A stretch of 64,000 bases of DNA from Octopus sinensis (taxonomy: Eukaryota). This document shows, one piece after another, positions 54,976 to 64,000 of the stretch. Each line of letters opens with the position of its first letter. Within the stretch, counting starts at the first letter, position 1. The stretch covers positions 47,430,001-47,494,000 of the forward strand of contig NC_043010.1 in assembly GCF_006345805.1 (NCBI RefSeq), given 5' to 3'. The notes under the pieces were generated by a model, which was not told where the DNA came from, searched no databases, and saw only the letters and a program-made list of their open reading frames with translations. The translations under genes and the position numbers were made by a program.

Positions 54976-55113
54976 TTTGCTCATGATGAAATATTACCAT
55001 GCTTGAAAGCAAATATATGTTAGCGATAGGAAGGGCAGCGGGCCGTAGAAAATCTACTTCAACAAACTCCGTCCGACCCATGCAAACATGGAAAAGTGAA
55101 CTTTAAAACGATG

Positions 55114-55186
<73 letters not shown>

Positions 55187-55739
55187 TACATACATACATA
55201 CATACATACATACATACATGCGAACAAACAAAAATACCCTGGTGTTGATGTTGAAATTCCAATGAAGGTGCCTTGGATCTAGGTCAAAAACCGGCACCTT
55301 CTCTATTGGCAAGAAATCTTGAAATAAAACTGAATAATAAAATGCGCGCGCGTACACACATGCACAAATATTTAGTTTAGTTTGTTAATGTAAACGTTAC
55401 TTTTATAGCAGAGCACTTTGGACTTTTTTAATAGTGTTTATAAGCATCAAAATCTAGTAGAACACGAAATGCACCATGTATTTCGTCTGTAAAAAGAAAT
55501 TCTTGAGAGAATTATCTCCCTTACACTTGTACATGTTGTATAGGAAAATGGCGGGAGCTGGATACATTTAAACGGCAGTAGTCGAAGCCAAGTTAAATAG
55601 ATACACAACGAAGTGATAAGCATTGCACCTGCTCTCACTGTTGTTATTCTTTACAATCGCCAAGCGCAAATGAAGCTAGTTCACAGTAGAGGAGTTGGAA
55701 GCTGTAAAAGCAAGACCCTGTATGCCTGAAAATAACAGA

Positions 55740-56900
55740 GGTAAGGTCGTAAAATCAATCCAATGCAAGCTGAGAAATGGTAGGAAATAAAAGGTTCAGA
55801 AAGTAATGAATGCAGCGAAAAAGAGCTTCGAGCTTAGGAAAATAATGGGACGCACTCAGATCAATAGCCACTGACTAGGCTTGATGGAGGCGGGGTTCAA
55901 AGTCAAAAGAGAAATCAAAGAGGGACCTGGAAGTGAGAGAAGAGGATAGCATAAGAATCCAGAAGGCAGTTCAGGAAGGCCTGCAGGGACAGTGAACAAT
56001 GTGGGAGCGAGTCTGTAGTAGTGGAGACCTCTGGTGTTCTTGGCACCCGAACCATATTTCTGCTCACTGCTGTCAGGGCGGAGATGTCTATCTGCAAATG
56101 CGAGCCCCGTGATCAGAGTGACTGTTCCAGTGCATCTCCTTCACCATCCTCCGGGGGAACTCCTTTTGTCTGCTTAAGACCATGAAGCGATCCGAATGAC
56201 AGGAAGTTTTATGTTCTACTTCTTAATGTAAAGTTATTCCAGAAAACTCCAGAGAAATATCAGGTCAGCATTATCCTCAGGTCCGTATATGACCTCCTGT
56301 CCTCAAATACAAACTTGGCAAGGTGGGAGGAATTAGATAATCCAACATTCCCACTCTACAAAGGTTAGCAAACGGTGTAACACGTCTTAATCTCATGAGA
56401 ATAGTGCTCGTTCGAAATAGGTATTTAAATAGATACTGCGTGTGACTTGTACCTCGAAGCGCCACCAGTGTTCTACACTGCATGGAGTAAAAAAACTGTG
56501 ACTTGGAACAGCTGTAGCAGTTGGATTATGGAAGCAGAATCCACTGGATGGAGTGGATGACTGGGAGTACCTAGAAGACATTTTAGAATTATAAAAAATC
56601 GTCGACAAGTGTGGTATGTGTCCAAACATTGTACTGACCTCACTTCTATCAAAACAAGTCATTCTGACTGAACTCATTGTGCTATAGGAAAGCAAAATGG
56701 AAGAAGTCCACATCTACAAGGCTGAAAAAAGAATCTAGCTTCCAAACCAAAGTCCTTCCCCAAAGTGGTGAGTACGGGAGGGTTTGTGGGCAAATCTACA
56801 TCTGATCCCATCAAATAGTTTTCAGTATCTGGGAGAAAAAGAACCAGAGCTCGACAATGGCAAAAGCAGCGGAGAAGAATTTCAACTGGATCTGGTGAAG
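55740..56900 (+). mobile_element. Degenerate HERO-like RLE non-LTR retrotransposon 3' portion, interrupted at about 56025-56228
   Basis: NGRK*KVQK..IMGRTQ, KAVQEGLQGQ*T.WE, ILRSVYDLL..NLARW, KQVILTELIV..MEEVH, GFVGKST remnants. Confidence 0.72.
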
Positions 56901-57522
56901 AAGTAATTGGAGCCAATTTTAAAGGGGGGAATTTACTCTGCAGTTAACAGGCGTCTTAGACTCATCTGGTTATTATAATATCCATGATACCGTAGCTCTT
57001 GGCACCTCGGCCATCCAAGAAGGTTGCAATGCAGACAACAGCATAAAACGTAGCAGTAGAGGAGTATATCAGATTTATAAAATAGATGCATTCTTTCTCC
57101 TTTATAACGTAAGGGGTTAAGGGCCTGCAAGAATGAAGCTTCTTTGAAGACCTTCTGTGCTATTCAGCTGTCCTCAGAGCTTTTTGCTATCATAATGAAG
57201 TGAACCTAAACAATAATCAATCTTTTACACAATTTAAAATATTAACCAAGAACTATTTTCCAGTGATGCTTTCTGTGTGAAAAACATAGTTGAGTGGAAC
57301 CGCCTCCTCAATTTTTAATCAATTATAATTACGCCAAAAATGAAAAGCAAATTCATTTGTCGTAATACGTCCGTTTGTCTAAGGCCAAAAATATATCCGG
57401 AATTATCAATTTGGATATTAGAGTTGTTTCCCTTGCCTGTAAAAAAGCATTAAAAAAACATTCGCCAGCTACAAGGTCTTTAGTCCACTGAAAGCGTAAG
57501 AGCTACTAGAATAAAATGGACG

Positions 57523-58320
57523 CTAGAGAGAAGTCAATAGGTGACGATGTTCATTAGACTTAAAAGATTGGAAGTCATATTGAAGAGGAAAACAAGACTG
57601 AGGAAGAGAATTCCAAAGTTCAGAGGTGCGGGGGAAGAAACTGGTACTGTCAAGTGCTTTACGACACTTAGGAGGTCGCATGACGACGATGAGAGAGTGA
57701 ATCTGATTTTTAAAAAAGATCAGGACCAATAACATTACAAATACGGCGTGAATGCGGTTCAACAGAGCTAAACAATCCGCAGCAGCACCTGCCCATATGT
57801 GACAAGAGTATTCAATGCAGGGGCGAATGGTGGACATATAAAGATAAAGAATAATCTCAGGAGTGAGATAACTCCTCGAACGAAGGAGTGCGCCTGCCTT
57901 CATTGCAGCTGATTTGGCTATAGATTCAATATAAGTCCTCCAAGAAAAATCATTACAGAAAGTCATTCCTAGGAGACGAAGAGAGCGACTCTCGGGTAAG
58001 TCAATACCGTCCATCAAAACCGATGGCAAGAAAGGACGTCTGAAGCAATAAATTGAAAGAAGATTAGTTTTTGATGGATTGAACGTTACAAGTCATTTCC
58101 TACCACACTCAACAAAAGATCGAAGATTATTCTCTAGGTTAGCAGCGATCCTCAACCTTATTAGAGAAGTCGTCAGATTTGTCCAAACAAGAGTACAAAA
58201 TAGAGTCATCAGCATAGATTACTAGCTGACAGATGACATGATCAGGCGGATCATTGATAAAAAGAAGAGAGTTGGGCCCAGGACAGATCATTGAGGAACC
58301 CCAGCATTAATAGAATAACT
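57523..58320 (-). mobile_element. L2/CR1-group LINE 3' fragment (RT core and C-terminus)
   Basis: GVPQ (58291-58302), LGPTLFFLFIND, YADD (58205-58216), LRLLGM, IRPCIEYSCHIW, SFFPRTSELWNSLP. Confidence 0.9.
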
Positions 58321-58570
58321 AGATGACTAGCTTTTATTTTTTTGATCTGTTAACCGTGTATTTTACCTGTTTCTGTCATTGGTCTACGACCATGCTGTAG
58401 CACTGCCTTGACAGGTTTAGTCGAACATATCGACGCTAGTACTTATTTTTTTTAAGGCTGATACTCATTCTATTTGTCTGTTTTGCTGAACCACTACATT
58501 ACTGGAACGTACACAAACCAACACCAGTTGTCAGCAGGTGGTGGGTGGGGGGACAAACACGCGCGCGCAC

Positions 58571-58601
<31 letters not shown>

Positions 58602-59178
58602 TATATTTAATGTAGGATAAAATTTTTTCGAAAAAAAAATTTGGATCTTTTCCTTTAGTTAACTAGAAATTGTGTTGAAAATTGTGTTTCAAAAGGAAAA
58701 GATCCAATATTTCTTATTTCTCTAAACACACACACACACACACACACAAATTCAAATTTCTAGTGTGTCTATGAAGAGTTCTCTCCCTTCCTATGAAAAA
58801 ATCTTTTGGGACGCTACATGATGACTGACTAGCACAATGACCCACATGAAGTCTATGGGAGGAAACCATATTCACAACACTTACGAAAATTTGTATAATG
58901 TATATTCTTCAAATATAAAATAACGTCTATATTGTAATGTGATATAATATTCTGTTGTGTCTGGGGAGAGTCATTTTCTTTTTGTGCTTTAAAATTTCCA
59001 CTTATTTTTATTTTCCTAAAATTTTCATTGCTTCTTGCAACCTTTTCGATAATCTTGACTCTCAAGAGAGTTACATCATAAGGCACAAAAAGAAAATGAT
59101 GATCCCCAGACACAACAGAATATACTTCAACACACAAACTCAAATAAAGATTCTTGCAAACCAAATCCCAAAATGAAA

Positions 59179-59695
59179 TCTATATATATAAAACTGTAGT
59201 TGTGTGAGTGTCTGTCTCCTACGATTTAGATTCCTAACTCCTCCCACATTTTGCGGTGCAGTTTAACCAAATTCGGGTATCTTATAGTCGTGATTCATAT
59301 CGAGCCCGTCTGGGTATTAGCGCGCGTCTACGATGAGTCTACGATTTTAAAAATAATTTAACATCATTTTTTATTCCATTTTAATGCATAATTTTTCGTG
59401 TGTCGATGGCGGTGGAGTTGGCGTCCACGCTCAAACACCTGCACCTGTGTTTGCTTCTCCCCCTTCTTCCCTCCCTCGTGAAGCTGTGGGGAAGGGAGTT
59501 TAAGGAAATCAACGTCGTAATGCGTTGTCAAGGAGACCAGCGTTCTTTTAGAACAACGACTTCATGGCTTGAAGACACCAAAACAGAAATGGCTAAGAAA
59601 GCCCGAATTGGAATCTATAAGGGAAGTAACTCTCTAAAAATACTTATATAGTTATTTCCCTTACAAACCCGAGCAACGCTGGGCGATACTGCTAG
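59179..59695 (+). mobile_element. Young non-autonomous Helitron (517 bp)
   Basis: A|TCtatatatataaa 5' end; hairpin cccgagcaacgctggg (59668-59683); 3' CTAG|T; CpG-rich. Confidence 0.88.
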
Positions 59696-60122
59696 TATGA
59701 TATAATATTGTTACACTTTTATTCTTCCACTTTTAATTCTAATTATATCCTAAGGTGAACAACATTACACATTGGCAACTTTCAGTGTTTACGGCCATGA
59801 TAGCAGAATCGTGTATCAGTGTATGTGTGTTGACTGACATAATGAACAGCTGGAGGTGAAACTCTTGACAAAAAACAATGAAGTGGTAGGTCCAAGGTAT
59901 ATAAAAATGCTCATTTACCATTCAATCACCAGTTAATAATTATTGCAGCAGTTGCAAATTTACCATTAAATTAGCAGTTCATACATGTGCTTCTATTTGG
60001 TTAATTTATACTGCATACAAAAATAAAGACATACTTCATACATACAACTAGTTACAATAATAGAGATTACTGTATAATTTCTTCTAGGTTCATAATTTTT
60101 GGTTTACTATATTGAAAAAAAT

Positions 60123-60365
60123 ATGCCAACAAAGAAAAGATGTAATCTCTCCAGAAACAAGTATAAAGCAAGGAGAATTGTATAAAACCGAAGGTAAGAG
60201 TCTCAAGAGAGAAAAGAGATGAAACTATCTCAAGATCAAACACATGCTGCAGTATGTCAAATGGAGTCTCGAGAGAGAAGCAAGATGAGACTATCTCAAG
60301 ATCAGCAAAGGCATGCTGCGGCATATTAGATGGAGTCTCAATATGGAAGGGAGATGAGGCTGTAA
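60123..60365 (+). pseudogene. Decayed N-terminus of a Helitron Rep/Hel ORF
   Basis: MPTKKRCNLSRN..., then repeated ESQ/ESR..MKLSQDQ..HAA units with stops. Confidence 0.65.
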
Positions 60366-60517
60366 TATCCTTGGCACTTAGGTGAATTTTTGCTATCCTG
60401 GTAACTATTTATTTTTTCCATGTTATTTGTACACATTGAAAAAATACACATACATTTATATACATACATATATGTATGTATTTATATATACAAACATACA
60501 TGCAAACATATGCATAT

Positions 60518-60899
60518 ACTCTTACTCTTTTACTTGTTTCAGTCATTTGACTGCGGCCATGCTGGAGCACCGCCTTTAGTCGAGCAAATCGACCCCGGGA
60601 CTTATTCTTTGTAAGCCCAGTACTTATTCTATCGGTCTCTTTTGCCGAACCGCTAAGTGACGGGGACGTAAACACACCAGCATCGGTTGTCAAGCAATGC
60701 TAGGTGAACAAACACATACACTTATATATATATACATATATATGACAGGCTTCTTTCAGTTTCCGTCTACCAAATCCACTCACAAGGCATTGGTCGGCCC
60801 GGGGCTATAGCAGAAGACACTTGCCCAAGATGCCACGCAGTGGGACTGAACCCGGAACCATGTGGTTGGTTAGAAAGCTACTTACCACACAGCCACTCC
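60518..60899 (-). mobile_element. Young full-length CORE-type SINE
   Basis: Near-identical to 29385-29770. Confidence 0.92.
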
Positions 60900-61765
60900 A
60901 GAATTCAAAAGAATCAGGTATTTAAATAATAAAAACACCAAGGTACAGTTGGGGAGAGTGCACTTGTGCACTGACAATATATACTAACATATATGTACTA
61001 ACTAAAGTAAATATGGATTTGCCCTTCCATTTATGTATACTTTCACATGTAAACATAACATGCCATCAAAGTCATACTGGGGTACACTCACTGCTCATAG
61101 TCCACTTTGACTACAGATTCCAGATCCAAACATATGGAAGGTTCCAAGTTAGGTGAAGAATAAATAATAACACAGACAGGTTGTGGTTCACTACAGCTGT
61201 TTCAGATGTGTTCTTTATTGATGAACAAAAGTGTTACATCATGAAAAAAATACACTTTTCATTAGGTGAATACAGGTTTGGAATTAACAATAAGAACTTC
61301 CTGCAAAACAGGACAGAGTACCAGATAACTCAACTGGCCTGATTTCAGCAGGAGAGTGAGTAGCTTAAGCTGTTACTAAGTTTATATCAAAGAACTTGTT
61401 AAAAGGGCCAGAATGGGGAGGGGGCAGGAGAAGTAGAAGGAGAGCAGTGGAGAGAAAAAGGAGGGGAAGGTATGATATTGTTTGGCCTCATAAAGTGTTA
61501 TAGGCTGAAAGCACTGGTTGTCAATAAAATTAACGTTTCTGAAACGGTTGAGTTCTTTGAAATAAACAAGAATAATAAAATATATTAGCAAGAGGAAAAA
61601 GCCTACACACATGTACTCTAGTTTACACACTTCAACACACACACATACACTTGCACCTTGGGCAAGTGTCATCTACTATAATCCCAGATTGACCAAGGCC
61701 TTGTGATTGTATTTGGTAGATGGAAACTGAAAGAAGCCTGTCATATATGTATATATACATATCTA

Positions 61766-62280
61766 CCGTAAATCCTTGAGTATAATATGCATTTTTTCTC
61801 AAAAATTTAAAGGTCAAAATCCTTAGTGCATACTATATACAAAGTTAAAAATGAAAAATATCTAAGCAATGTCCAAGTCTCTATTTGCTGTCCAGCAATG
61901 TTTATTCAGATGCATTTTGTGATGTCGGGTGCAAAAATACCTTAAGCTAAGCCTGAAAGCAATGAAGTCATAAAAGAATCATCCCTAACTTGCAGTAAGC
62001 AACATTTATTAAAATAAAAGTATTCAGAACACAGAATAACATGTAACAAAAACAATTTGCAAACATATTTACATTCCCATATAACAGTTAAGAACATCAC
62101 CTTAATTGTATTACGCTTGTGTGGAAGTGTTTGTTCGACTAGGTGCTGCTGGCTTCATTATGCACAACTCAAGTTAGAGAAGGGGTGCATATTGTACACA
62201 AAGTTCAGGTTTTTCAGAGGTACAGCCCCCTAAAAATTCCCTACATATTATACTCAAGGGCAGACTATAAAGATTTATGG
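61766..62280. mobile_element. Non-autonomous Tc1/mariner-superfamily (Tc2/pogo-like) MITE
   Basis: TA|ccgtaaatccttgagtataat ... attatactcaagg..gatttatgg|TA. Confidence 0.72.
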
Positions 62281-62512
62281 TATTTGTGTGTGTCTTTGTG
62301 TCTGTGTTTGTCCCCCACCACTGCTTGACAACTGATGTTGATGTGTTTACATCCCCATAACTTAGCAGTTTGGCAAAAGCGAATAAGTAGCAAGCTTTTA
62401 AAAAATGTTGGGATGAAAATGGAGTATTGGCATTGATTCATTTGACTAAAATTTTTCAAGGTGGCTGAAAAAAGTAAAATAATGAAGGAAATATGTATTT
62501 ATCTTCTCTATA

Positions 62513-62700
62513 TCTATATTATAAATCTGAAATGCAAAAAGTTTGTTTGTTTGTCTGGTTTTGGCATTGAGAATGGGTTAAAGGCCACTAGATCCCATCA
62601 GATTGACTCCAAAATTTACAGAGACATGTAAAATGAGGTGAGGATGCAAGTGGGCTAGGTTAGAAATCCCCATCTTAAAATATGTCGTTGCTAGGGCCAA
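62513..62700 (+). mobile_element. Helitron-like 5' end (Lep1-type); 3' end not found
   Basis: a|TCtatattataaatctgaaatgcaaaaagtttgtttgtttgtc. Confidence 0.5.
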
Positions 62701-63331
62701 AAACGCACTTTGACAAGTCTACTCTCATTCTTTTATGTAGCTGTCTTCCTCCATCACTCATTCTCTTTCCTCCCTTCCCATCACTTTCTATATATAACAT
62801 CGTTTCACAGCGTCTATCTCCCTTACCTTCACTTTCTCTTTATGACGTTGTTTCACAGCGTCCTCAATCTCCTCCTCCTCCCCGCCTTCGACAGTGCTTT
62901 CACACACTCTCTCTCTCTACGTCTGTCTGCATTCATAGAGAGAATTATCATCGCCACCACCACCACCACCACAACACAATCATGAGAACAAATATTATGA
63001 ATCAGATATTTATTGGGTTAATTTATATATGTGTGTGTATATATAATGTATATATAATGTATATATATATGTATATATAATGTATATATACAAAGTGTAT
63101 ATATCTGTATTTATGTATATTAAACTTTTTAATACTTTTTGATAGTTATATATATTTTTAAAAAAATTATAAATATAAATTAATAATTTTAATTTTAAAT
63201 TTAAATAATTTAAATTTTTAAATTTTATATTTTATATATTTTGTACGTTATATTTTTATTTTTATGTTTGGGGTTATGTTTTTCACTGTTTAATTTGCCT
63301 AATAGTGGTTTTATCTCTAATTTAATTTATA

Positions 63332-63684
63332 GGAGTGGCTGTGTGGTAAGTAGCTTGCTAATCAACCACATGGTTCCGGGTTCAGTCCCACTGCGTGGCA
63401 TCTTGGGCAAGTGTCTTCTGCTATAGCCTCGGGCCGACCAATGCCTTGTGAGTGGATTTGGTAGACGGAAACTGAAAGAAGCCCGTCGTATATATGTATA
63501 TATATATGTGTGTGTATGTGTTTGTGTCTGTGTTTGTCCCCCTAGCATTGCTTGACAACCGATGCTGGTGTGTTTACGTCCCCGTCACTTAGCGGTTCGG
63601 CAAAAGAGACCGATAGAATAAGTACTGGCGGTGCTCCAGCATGGCCGCAGTCAAATGACTGAAACAAGTAAAAGAGTAAAAGAG
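63332..63684 (+). mobile_element. Young CORE-type SINE with internal deletion
   Basis: A box tggctgtgtgg, B box ggttcagtccc, cttgggcaagt; tail aagtaaaagagtaaaagag. Confidence 0.92.
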
Positions 63685-64000
63685 TATATATATATATAAT
63701 TTGTATACATTTGTATATATAATGCGTACACACACACATATATATATATAATCTGCATATATATATAATGTGTGCATTATGTGGTCGATTGTGCTGAAAA
63801 TATGCACACCTATGTTAAAAGTGCTGGTGAGTTTGCATGGCAACTATTTTTTTCCTCAAATGAAAGGCGTGACCTCTAGGACAAAATTCCTCATCTTATA
63901 AAATGTGGCCTGAGTAGACCTGAATGAAATCGGGTTATATTAACCAAAATGTGAAAAGGGGTCTAAATGGGGCTTGAAGCGGATTAAAATTTACAGGAGC

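Noticed and set aside
63130-63320. Extremely AT-rich stretch
   Set aside because: Low complexity with no structure; may be degenerate (TA)n or low-quality assembly.
63332-63410. tRNA-like A/B boxes here and at other SINE heads
   Set aside because: No cloverleaf; continuous with SINE bodies, so not tRNA genes.

Overview
AT-rich, microsatellite- and transposon-dense animal DNA. The SINE families resemble, from memory, those of octopus, so an octopod origin is likely but not verified. Only one convincing host coding exon is present: a 1.63-kb minus-strand exon (10947-12578) encoding an acidic, disordered N-terminus that runs into a coiled coil, possibly CCDC186-like. Splice signals, promoter-type motifs and a CpG-decay gradient suggest this gene starts near 48.6 kb, with long 5' introns filling most of the window. 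The rest is a fossil record of mobile elements: CORE-type and Meta-like tRNA SINEs, RTE LINEs and RTE-tail SINEs, HERO, R4-like, L2/CR1 and Penelope retroelements, mariner/maT remnants, hAT/piggyBac/Tc-mariner MITEs, and Helitrons/Helentrons. The most interesting unannotated signals are several minimal hammerhead-ribozyme motifs, an Asn/Ser-rich insert splitting a Penelope GIY-YIG domain, an intronic pre-miRNA-like hairpin, and inverted repeats able to form dsRNA in the predicted intron. I found no CRISPR array, rRNA or true tRNA gene, and no clear evidence of a wholly new multi-gene system.
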